Shown: piece after piece, positions 1 through 10,637 of the stretch
Numbering within the stretch: the stretch's first letter is position 1
Layout of the letters: every line of letters begins with the position of its first letter
Position numbers and translations under genes: made by a program
The notes under the pieces: generated by a model
What the model was told of the DNA's origin: nothing
The model's database searches: none
The model's input: the letters and a program-made list of their open reading frames with translations, nothing else
Origin: Macrostomum lignano
Lineage: Eukaryota
Direction of reading: 5' to 3'
Assembly: GCA_002269645.1 (NCBI GenBank)
Contig: NIVC01001692.1
Coordinates: 1 to 41,641 of the forward strand
Length of the DNA: 41,641 bases

Positions 1-675
1 AAATTGTCATACGGTTAAGAGCGTAATTCTGCTACTTTTGTATTGTAGTAGTTGCTACGTAGAGTTATAAAACACATGGTGCTTGTATATCACACCCATG
101 GAAAGATATCGCATCAGCAGCATGCAATAAAAGTTTGCTTGATGTTATCGTCTGAATTTGTTAAGCTAAAATTTGCAACTCTCCTGTGCCCTTCATTTCA
201 TAACAAATTTCCAAATAAGGAATTTGTCTCCTCCCATTTGTGCCTTTCACTTTAGCGCATTTTTCCTGGTTTGTACTCGTACAATGAATCATATTCGTTC
301 AGATTTGTTTACGTTAATTTTGTTTAGTTAGCACGTGCTTTCGTAGCTCGTAAAATAAACTTTTCTGTGTTTTAGCATACCGTAAGAGGCTGAAAGCATG
401 TAGGAGCGCAATAATCATCAGTTCGATATTCCAGCTTGTGATGCTTTAGTATCGCTTTTGACAATCTAAATGCAACTTTAGTCCATGGAGGAAATTACAT
501 GCACTCCATACTTTAGTCAACCAACACGAGACTCCATGTCAAGGAGTTCTATAATTAGCAATCTGGAATGGAAACGAGTTTTACCTCATGAGGCCACGCC
601 AATTGTAAAGATAAGGAGCCAGCACTGAATGCCTAAGGTTCTGTCTGACTCTGTCTTTGCCACAGGCACAGGATC

Positions 676-757
676 TGTAAATAATAAATGCCGTTTAATT
701 TACATTCTGTGGTTAGAATGTCTGAGGTGCATTTAATGGTCCTGAGGCGAGCGAAGC
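676..757 (+). repeat. Orphan single-arm copy of the Crypton-associated terminal hairpin at 39624-39776 (opposite orientation)
   Basis: tgtaaataataaatgccgtttaatttacattctgtggttagaatgtctgaggtgcatttaatggtcctgaggcgagcgaagc aligns to the reverse complement of about 39696-39776. Several differences are CpG>TpG. Confidence 0.85.
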
Positions 758-759
758 TC

Positions 760-2260
760 AACTCAAGTCTGACAGACTTCCGACCTTCGCGGGCTGCAGG
801 AGGAAGCTCGACTACGTGCTTGTGCGTCTTCGTGAGCGCCGTCAACTGCCGCACCAACACGCCGCTGGACCCGACGCCAAAGGGCGCGTAGCCTTGTCTG
901 TCATCAACGCTCTGACCGTGAGGAAGCCGCACATCCCGCTCAACCTGGCTGACGACACTCCAAATGAGCTGCGAGAGTTCTTCGCCGTCATTATCAACGC
1001 ACCATCGCCCCTGCTGCCAAACGATCGGAGACTGCCGCCGGGGACGCCGTTGCCCGCAAAAAAGGAGCCGACGTTGTGATACTCCAGGCGGCAAAGCGCT
1101 GGGTCCGAACGAGGTGCTGCGACTCCACTGTGTGGCCAGCGAGGTCCCCAGTGTGATGAACCGCCTGCTTTTCGGCGAGGCGGCACATATCGAATGGACC
1201 ACAGCGCACATTGTCGTTATTCCGAAGAAGCCGGGCACCGCACGGATTGAGGAGCACCGAGGCATCTGCCTCGTGCTATACGAAGCTGTTCGACCGAATG
1301 ATGCTATCGCGGTTTCAGCCCCGTGCTGGATCCGTATTTGCGGCCTGAGCAGAACTCCATCGCGGCACAGTGGTACATATCCTGGCTCTTCGCTGAATTA
1401 TCGAGGAAGGGTGCAGACACACTAGTCAAACCTGATTACTCTCTTTATTGACTTCAGGAAGGCTTTCGACTCGGTCGTGAGGGCTGTAAGTGCCAGAACA
1501 GCAGGTTTTTTGTGTCAAGGCGCTATATGACACACCAGCGCTTCTGTGCTGACACCGGAAGGCCGTCAGATTTCTTTGAGACATCCTCTGGGATGCTTCA
1601 GAGAGATACGCTTGCGCCGTTCCTGTACGTCCTGGTGCTTGACTGGGTGCTGCGGACTGCTCTCCCTTCTAACGACGACGGCTTCCTGCTGCAGTGATGC
1701 AGCGATGCGTGGGTCGACGCAAACCAGAGAGGCGGCTCAGCATGCTTTTCCTTGACCGTCGATGGCACCCAGCGACAGCTGGACCAGCTGGTGAGCGTTG
1801 CGGCGGGCGTCGGTCTGATGGATATCACGAAGAAGACCGTCGTGCTCTGTGTGCCAGACGACATCAAGACTGCAGTTTTCTGCCAGGCCCTGACGGGCAG
1901 GTCAGAAAGCTTCCCCACTGTCAGCAGTTCGTATACCTCAGCGGTCTGGTGCAACGCCGAAACCTGGACGCCGACGGACTTGCTCGAACAGGAGATCGAT
2001 GCGGCGCAAGCTGGCCTTCAAAATCGGCTACGAGCGAGTCACCGCCACCAGTGGACACAGCCGCACCGACCTGTCTGGTCCGAGCAAACCTTTGCGCCGT
2101 CGGCGACTCCAGTTGGCAGGCCGCATCATCCGCGCCGTGCCTTCTGGCTGATGGCGGTCCCCCGGACTAGCTCGTACGTTCGCACCCAGGCCCTGAAACG
2201 TGCTCTGCAACATTGTCTTTGCCTGTTATGACTCGCTGTTGTTTCTTTGTTGTTGTTGTT
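760..2260 (+). mobile_element. Degenerate non-LTR retrotransposon (RTE-clade-like reverse transcriptase relic), frameshifted
   Basis: RT motifs scattered over frames: AHIVVIPKKPG..EEHRGICLV (~1200-1275), LFIDFRKAFDSV (~1441-1476), GMLQRDTLAPFLYVLVLDWVLR (~1590-1655), CNAETWTPT..EQEID (~1950-2000). Stops and frameshifts are present, the YADD segment is missing, and a (TTG)n-like tail lies at ~2235-2260. Confidence 0.8.
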
Positions 2261-2519
2261 CGTACCCCAGCTAAACGATTACTGATTTAGTCGATTAGAG
2301 GAAGAGTAGCTTAAAGCCAAACGCTTGAAGGCTCTCGTTCTTATCCTATATAGTCTGTTTGCCTTCTGCGTTTAATTTTCACTTGAAAAGGCATGATAGA
2401 TAACTTACCATCTCCTGATTGTTAACGAGACGAAGATACCTGCATGAAAAGTAAATTGTTTTCCGAGTTTTAGTTTTGTTTGTCTTTGTGATCTAAAAAG
2501 CACACGAGTCCTTTTTAAC

Positions 2520-3200
2520 TTACTCTTGAATCCATTTCTTCATGGGTTCCCATCTTTGATCGGAGACAATGCTCTTTGCTGAATCGCCACTGTTGTTGCG
2601 GTGATCCAAGTCTGCACCGCGCTTCACGAGCAGTTTGAAAACTTCCGTGTTGCGGTTCTCTGCCGCGATGATGAGAGCAGTATTTCCGTCCTTGTCGGCG
2701 ATGTCGTGGCTCGCATCGTTCTGCAGAAGAAGTTTTGTTATTGTCGATGATCTGCATTTGGCAGCATACATCAATGGAGTCCAAAATCTACGAATGTCCT
2801 GGATGTTCGGATTGCCAGGACGTGCTGTCAGTAGCAGGTCTACCAGGCTCGGGTTGGACGACATCACAGCCAGGTGTAGGGCCGATCGGCCATCCTTGTC
2901 CCGGGCGAAAGCGTCAGCACCGTTTTGGAGCAGAATTTCCGCAATTCTGGTGTGCAGCTGAGTGCTCACCAGAACTTCTGTCACCGATGCTGCTGCGCAG
3001 CAGTGTAGCGCCGTTCTTCCATCGATCGACTCTTTCATGAAGCGGTCGATCGTCGCTCCGCTTTCAATTTTTAACTTCAGCTCTCTGAGAGACCCTTCGG
3101 CTGCCATCAGACACACGGCTTTTAGTTCGGCTTTTCTCTTTGATTCTGCTTCAACATTTGAAACGTCGGCTTCAGCACTGGTACTATCTGCGGATGCCAT
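2520..3200 (-). CDS. Ankyrin-repeat protein, 226 aa, apparently intronless
   Basis: Repeated ankyrin consensus: GRTALHCCAA, GRSALHLAVMSSN, WTPLMYAAK, GNTALIIAAENRN..VFKLLVKRGADLDHRNNSG. ATG start and clean stop. Confidence 0.9.
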   Translation of the reverse strand: MASADSTSAEADVSNVEAESKRKAELKAVCLMAAEGSLRELKLKIESGATIDRFMKESIDGRTALHCCAAASVTEVLVSTQLHTRIAEILLQNGADAFARDKDGRSALHLAVMSSNPSLVDLLLTARPGNPNIQDIRRFWTPLMYAAKCRSSTITKLLLQNDASHDIADKDGNTALIIAAENRNTEVFKLLVKRGADLDHRNNSGDSAKSIVSDQRWEPMKKWIQE

Positions 3201-3621
3201 GAACCGAAAATTTTAGTCAAAATACAGTGGAATAGCGCACTGAACTACCAGAGATAGTGGATGGGTGTAGAAGATGCTGGCTAAATTAATATTATATTTC
3301 CTGTCCAAGTAAGAATGCACTGCATGTCCACCCCTAGACTGGAGGAAACTACGGGCTAGTCTTCTTGAAATACGCCTCGTATATTCGAAAATGCTTTCTT
3401 GCCAGGTTTAATTCGGCAGAATCAATCCAGTCAGTCAACACGGAATCCATCCAATGAAAGCTAGTTCCATCCATCCAAACATGCACATATTCCTGCCAGG
3501 CAATTAGCTCGTAAAACCCAGCATCTTAAAACACTTTAAAGCTTTAAGTATTTGCAGTCTAAACTAGGTTTAGAAATTCAAGCAAAAGAAATACATATAG
3601 TTGAATAGGCGTAAACAGTTC

Positions 3622-6089
3622 ATGGCTGAATCAAAAGAAGTTGCTGACAGCAAAAGAGCCTCCGAACAGATACGGAGAGCCCAAGAATTGAGAATTCGAT
3701 CACTGCTAGCACTCGGAAATGGTGCAGTGTGTAACCGAACAAGGAATGCTACCGGAATTAAAGCTGATCCATTGAAAGTTTCCTTCGATCAAGGAGCTGC
3801 TGACGACAAGATCATTATTATTGCTTGCGAGCCTCCTGAAAATGGTAAGGCCAAACAATGCAAAACTAAAGAGAAGATTAAGCAAACTTTCTCCCCAGGA
3901 TCTAAATCTAAAACTTTCGCGACTCACTGGATGGCTCCCCTCCATCCACTATGCATATATACCCTGAGTGTAAATAACTACGACTGGACAAGTGAAAAAG
4001 ACCGAGCCAAGACCACCGTTTTGCTCAACGATCTGTGCAACTTGGCGTTGCGGCTTTTTTACACAGGAAAATGTAAGGAAAATGTGATAAATTGCAAACA
4101 AAACACTATTGTCGACATTTTCTCTGGAAAAAATGGTGAAACAATGAAGAAGTTTTTGGCCTGGTTTGGCCTGCTCTGTGCAAAGCTCATGCAGTCGAAT
4201 GACCCACAGAAGGTAAATCACGGGAATTTCTTGACCTTTGGTACCATGATTGAGTGCAGCAGAGCAATACCTAAAAAAGTGCCTGCTCTGGACAAAAGGC
4301 CGGTTTGCTTGCTGTATGACGAGACGGACACCTATATCGATTTAGCTAAAACCTATCAAGAAGAACGTACCGAAGAGCATCTCTACTCCGAATCACTAAA
4401 AATACACCAGCTACCCGCTGAGCAGCTTTATGGAGCACCTTTAATTGAAGTTGTGAAACTTCTTGATGACAAGAGCAAGGAAAATCAATCGACACAGGAT
4501 GAAACAGAAATTGTTCAGTTCGTTCTCATTCCCTGCGCTGCTACACTTTGTTTCTTCAGGTAAGTCTGATTTATAAATGCAACACAGCGATTGCTGTCAT
4601 ACTGAAAATTAGAATGCAATTAAGAGATCATGCATACTGAAAATGTTGATATCTTAACATTTTAGCTACAACGAAGAACACACGGAACCTAATAAACAGG
4701 CAAGTGCTCAGCTTCACTGCAGTGCAGAAGGTTCATGAGTTCAGGTGGAATAACATTTTCTGTGCATGTGGAAATCCATGAATTTGTAAATATTTTCAGG
4801 CTGAGGAACTCCAAAACTGGATCGCCGAATTCTTCTTGACAAAGTTAACCAAAGAAGTGAGCATCAGAAAGAGCCTGCTGCCGAGTCAGCTGCATCGGCT
4901 GAGGCTGCGGCTGGCTCTGCTGACAACACTATGCTACAGTGGGCTGAACTTAGAAGGCAAGGACCGCTACTCAGACTGCATCTATGAGTTACTGCGCTTT
5001 GCCTGCGAACCGAGTTCAGAAACACAGCCAGGACCAAATCGCACATCTAAACACCGAGTATCAAAATCACCGAAGGAGGAGTCCTGGGAAATTTTTGTTG
5101 ATCCAGATTCAGAATTGGGAAAAATTTTCTTGGAGCCGTCGCGGGCACTGAAATACGAGCCTGTGCACAATGCGCTTCTCTACCTGACCCTTTGTGACGC
5201 AGCTGGCTCACTTGATTCAGTTGTGAAAGCCAATGCATGCATTGAAATTCCATGCCTGGTGGAGTTCTTTGCTATGAAGCGAAAAGTTTCTGAAGTATCT
5301 AGCCGTAATAAAAAGGCAAAACTCAACCCAGAAACACTACTGAGCGAGTATCTGTGCCTCATCAAGATGTGCTGCCATGAGCGTTTCCCATATAGTGATG
5401 ACACAGGAAATGAAAATACGGCTCCGATCGGCTTCAGATACAAACTATATAAGCAAATCGAGATACAGTATGATTTCTCGCTGCATGAATCGGAATCGGA
5501 TGGCAATAAACTACTAGTGTCGGTGAAAACTTACTCGGACAGGCAGAGCGACATCTTACACTACTCGCGCGGCGATAGCTCCATGGACTCGAGCCCCGCA
5601 TCAAGTTCAGTAATGCTTCAAGGCTTAGCTGAAAAGTGCCAGCCGTGGCAACCGACGGAGGGAAGAGTGCTGACAGCAATAATTTACAACTGCGACGGGA
5701 AACGCTGCAAGGAGCAAAGAGTGCAGTTTTGGTGCTCGAGTGGCATGCAGACGACAGGAGTCAATGAATGTGACATATTCAAAACAATGGTGTGTAGTTG
5801 TGATGAAAGGAAGAAAGAGCTTTTCGAGAAAGTCAAAAAAGGAGCTCGTGATGGAAAAGTCTACCAAGGGATCTTCGTCGGTGGCCATATATTCTTCGAT
5901 GTCAGGGCTGCCATGCAAAGCTTTCAGCCAACTTACATTCCCAGGAGTTTCGCTATCAGAAAGCATATTCAAGATTACTTGGCGTGCTTCTGTACTAACC
6001 CAGAAAATACTCCTGAATCTGCTCCTACCATAAAGGTGAGCAAAGGATTATTCGAAGTATTTGATATATTCTTGCGAAAAAAATGGTAA
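3622..6089 (+). CDS. Uncharacterised protein, predicted 3 exons (3622-4559, 4666-4699, 4800-6089), about 753 aa
   Basis: Two long ORFs join in frame via donor CAG|GTAAGT (4560), acceptor TTTTAG| (4665), a 34-nt exon, donor CAG|GCAAGT (4700) and acceptor TTTTCAG| (4799). Phases are consistent (2 then 0). No family recognised. Confidence 0.7.
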
Positions 6090-6704
6090 CACTGACTAAA
6101 TGTAATAATTTCGCATTTTTCCAGAAAGCCAAACAAACATCGGAAGGCCAGTAACACTCAGGCTTGTGGACATAATTGGTCAGCATAAATCTCCTATTTG
6201 AAAATATACTGCGCGCCTTATTATAAATAATATACATTAGTATAACAACTTATGCTTATATTTTTCTTTCCAGTAGGCTGAATTAGGCCCTAATCTACAT
6301 AAATCTACAGAAAGTACAGATCGAGTCAACGTTTTCCTGCTCAGCTCTGTATAGCCCCTCACATTATTACTTATAAATATCTTTGTTTATTCGTGGTAAG
6401 GCTTTTTTAAATCCGCACTAATCCGCTGATTAAAAACTTATTTCTTTTTATGTATCTCATTAATAATATTTGCACGAGGGCGACGCCTTCGAAGACATTG
6501 TCCCAAACCAGCATTGTATAATACGTACTTTCACCCAGACAAGATAGCAAGTATTTTTCACCATTATTTCCCAATGTGTAAATCTACCCTGTATACAAAT
6601 TTCGTCATGTGACTGCTCTACCACAATTATTATTATAGGCGGAACAGTATAATGGAATGATATCTGCGCTGGGCAAAATGCATACGCGATCAGGAAAGCA
6701 CTCA

Positions 6705-6830
6705 CACACTCTCACACAGGGTTTACAGCGGTCCTGACTTTCTCATCATCAGGCATGTACAGTCTTGTGCCCTGGGGTTTGGCCCTCGTGGTTGTGATTC
6801 GCGCGACAAAAAGCCCTGGGCCAATTTGGT
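6705..6830 (-). repeat. Dispersed repeat family X, copy 1
   Basis: Reverse complement reads ..cacgagggccaaaaccccagggcacaagactgtacatg..gctgtaaaccctgtgtga, homologous to 13910-14005 and 15415-15530. Confidence 0.65.
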
Positions 6831-7456
6831 GTGGCTTTAGAGCTAGGACTAGGACTGTTAACCGATAGGCTGCTCTGCTCCAATGCTGTAACTTATCTGC
6901 AGCGACAGTTGTTCGCAGTAATATGCAAAGAATATATGTCTGTGTTTTAATCTTTTTTACGAGCGTAATGACATTAATATTTTTAACTTTGCTAACTGAA
7001 ACTTCTATTGCTATTTATTCACGTTCTGATGCTCATGCAGCAGTAATTTTGTTAACTGCCTTTGTTAAAACTATAGCGGATCTGGGAAATTAAGGGATAA
7101 TACTTCTAATACTTTTACTGAGCAAGGAGTTGTATTTTAAAGCACACAGCTGGTTACCCACATAGAATTGCTCGTAAAAGCTCTGGATATCAATCCTTCA
7201 TTGCTTCTACAAGCACGACTGTCGTTACCCTCTTTTTCTTTCAGTGAGTTATTTTAATTAACTTTGTCTGGCTTATTGAAAATTCCCGATCCTGTCACTG
7301 TTGTATTTTTAATAGAAAAGGTCTTCATTTTTGTATTCTGCCATATGTTTATTTAGTCTGAGAGCTCTGCTGCTCACCTGTTGAGTATTTCTATCTCTAA
7401 TATGTTACTAAATTCACCAAAGCAATAAGGAAAACCTAGAAAGGTGCTTCTGGGCT

Positions 7457-9341
7457 GGCGCCCTCTTGAATAGCGACGGCACCCTTTGGATAGCGTCCCT
7501 TGAATAGCGACGGCACCCTTTGGATAGCGTCCCTTGAATAGCGACGGCACCCTTTGGATAGCGTCCCTTGAATAGCGACGGCACCCTTTGGATAGCAATC
7601 GCATCCCTTGAATAGCGACGGCACCCTTTGGATAGCTATCGCGCCCCCTGAAAAGCGACGGCACCCTTTGGATAGCAATCGCGTCCCTTGAATAGCGACG
7701 GCACCCTTTGGATAGCAATCGCGTCCCTTGAATAGCGACGGCACCCTTTGGATAGCAATCGCGTCCCTTGAATAGCGACGGCACCCTTTGGATAGCAATC
7801 GCGTCCCTTGAATAGCGACGGCACCCTTTGGATAGCAATCGCGTCCCTTGAATAGCGACGGCACCCTTTGGATAGCAATCGCGTCCCTTGAATAGCGACG
7901 GCACCCTTTGGATAGCAATCGCGTCCCTTGAATAGCGACGGCACCCTTTGGATAGCAATCGCGTCCCTTGAATAGCGACGGCACCCTTTGGATAGCAATC
8001 GCGTCCCTTGAATAGCGACGGCACCCTTTGGATAGCAATCGCGTCCCTTGAATAGCGACGGCACCCTTTGGATAGCAATCGCGTCCCTTGAATAGCGACG
8101 GCACCCTTTGGATAGCAATCGCGTCCCTTGAATAGCGACGGCACCCTTTGGATAGCAATCGCGTCCCTTGAATAGCGACGGCACCCTTTGGATAGCAATC
8201 GCGTCCCCTGAATAGCGACGGCACCCTTTGGATAGCAATCGCGTCCCTTGAATAGCGACGGCACCCTTTGGATAGCAATCGCGTCCCTTGAATAGCGACG
8301 GCACCCTTTGGATAGCAATCGCGTCCCTTGAATAGCGACGGCACCCTTTGGATAGCGTCCCTTGAATAGCGACGGCACCCTTTGGATAGCAATCGCATCC
8401 CTTGAATAGCGACGGCACCCTTTGGATAGCTATCGCGCCCCTGAAAAGCGACGGCACCCTTTGGATAGCAATCGCGTCCCTTGAATAGCGACGGCACCCT
8501 TTGGATAGCAATCGCGTCCCTTGAATAGCGACGGCACCCTTTGGATAGCAATCGCGTCCCTTGAATAGCGACGGCACCCTTTGGATAGCAATCGCGTCCC
8601 TTGAATAGCGACGGCACCCTTTGGATAGCAATCGCGTCCCTTGAATAGCGACGGCACCCTTTGGATAGCAATCGCGTCCCTTGAATAGCGACGGCACCCT
8701 TTGGATAGCAATCGCGTCCCTTGAATAGCGACGGCACCCTTTGGATAGCAATCGCGTCCCTTGAATAGCGACGGCACCCTTTGGATAGCAATCGCGTCCC
8801 TTGAATAGCGACGGCACCCTTTGGATAGCAATCGCGTCCCTTGAATAGCGACGGCACCCTTTGGATAGCAATCGCGTCCCTTGAATAGCGACGGCACCCT
8901 TTGGATAGCAATCGCGTCCCTTGAATAGCGACGGCACCCTTTGGATAGCAATCGCGTCCCTTGAATAGCGACGGCACCCTTTGGATAGCAATCGCGTCCC
9001 CTGAATAGCGACGGCACCCTTTGGATAGCAATCGCGCCCCTGAAAAGCGACGGCACCCTTTGGATAGCAATCGCGTCCCTTGAATAGCGACGGCACCCTT
9101 TGGATAGCAATCGCGTCCCTTGAATAGCGACGGCACCCTTTGGATAGCAATCGCGTCCCCTGAATAGCGACGGCACCCTTTGGATAGCAATCGCGCCCCC
9201 TGAAAAGCGACGGCACCCTTTGGATAGCAATCGCGTCCCTTGAATAGCGACGGCACCCTTTGGATAGCAATCGCGTCCCTTGAATAGCGACGGCACCCTT
9301 TGGATAGCAATCGCGTCCCTTGTGTAGCGATGGCGCCCCTG
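7457..9341. repeat. Tandem satellite array, 40-bp unit (ttggatagcaatcgcgtcccttgaatagcgacggcaccct), roughly 47 copies, with a few 34-bp and point variants
   Basis: Directly visible head-to-tail repeats with no spacers. Confidence 0.98.
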
Positions 9342-10637
9342 GCGATACAAAATAGTGTCTGTTATCAATATTACGAGCATACTTGATAGTATTAAGATTT
9401 TTTTAGAAATAGAATAGAAAAGAAATAGAAAAATAGAAATAGAATAGAGAAAGGATAAACGAAACTTTTAGCGACAACAAATTAAAGAAGCCAAATGGAA
9501 CTTTTTAGTAGTCCTTGGAGAAATAAATGATAATGAAAATTTCCTTCGAGATTCGAGAGGAATGAGTTAAAACAAAGAATTTAATGTTTTGATCTCAGAA
9601 ACTCGTACAAAGTACACTGTGAAATTGCATGGAAATTTGATATCGTTTCGTAAAGCTTAATGTATAAATTAAAAAAAAGCGACTGGTGTGACTTAAGTGA
9701 CAAACTGACAATTACGAGTAACAGCAGGGCCCACAAGTCTTCATCAGTAGTTTAATGTATTTTATATGCTTCAGCTAGAAGCCTTGCTCATCTAGCTTGC
9801 TGGGATGGGGTGTGTGTTGCTCTTTCGCTACTTTTCTGTTTAGCCCAAAGCAGAAATCTTGCTTATACTCGTAGCTCGTACTCGTAGAGACTGGATTGGT
9901 GCTTTTATGCTCACAAAGTAAGATTGCGCGCCTTATTTGAAAACGAAAAATTCCACGTATGGAAAATTTTAGACAGTATACTTCAGTATGAAGCATCATT
10001 ACAACATTGCACTGCCGAAACGGCTCACTGAGACTAGAAAAAATGCTTGTTATTTGCCAGCACTATAGTTAAATCAGACGCACTCTTGCTGCCAAGAATG
10101 CCTAGATTACATCTAGGGTCTCTCTACGCATTGAATTTCTAAGCCCTCGGACAGAAGATGTTGCTGAGCTGCGTGGGTTTTTCCGAAAGAATAAATAAGT
10201 ACTCAAAACTGTCATCTACTGCAGCTCAAGTGGCGCTATACCCATTCGAGTTGTTTTTCGGATACAATGCATAAAACTTGGAAGCCTTGCTGTTCATTTG
10301 CGTCAAACGATATTTACCAAATGCTAAACAACATTATGCGCCTGAAGCGAAGCTAAAATGAGTGAAGCGCGTGACGCAAGTGTGGAGGGCCAAAACGTGA
10401 TACTCGTAAAACTCCATGAAGTTCTAAGAACTGTAAAGTTGTACATATGCATATAGAAGATGCATGCTTGTTTGTCGATGGAAAGCTGATTAAGGCTCGC
10501 GATTAATGCACATTTTTAACTTCCGGTCTGTCACGATGCCAAGTACAGTTAAAATCGCCATTGAAACTCGGTGCGAAAAGTGATAAAGTAAAAATGTTGA
10601 CCAGCAACAGAGGCAGGAGGAAAACGGCAGGTGTGCA

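Noticed and set aside
7457-9341. CRISPR array
   Set aside because: Units are head-to-tail with no unique spacers, there are no cas genes, and the context is eukaryotic.
7374-9380. Four long minus-strand ORFs as annotated genes
   Set aside because: They are a by-product of a stop-free repeat unit. Kept only as a hypothesis in findings.
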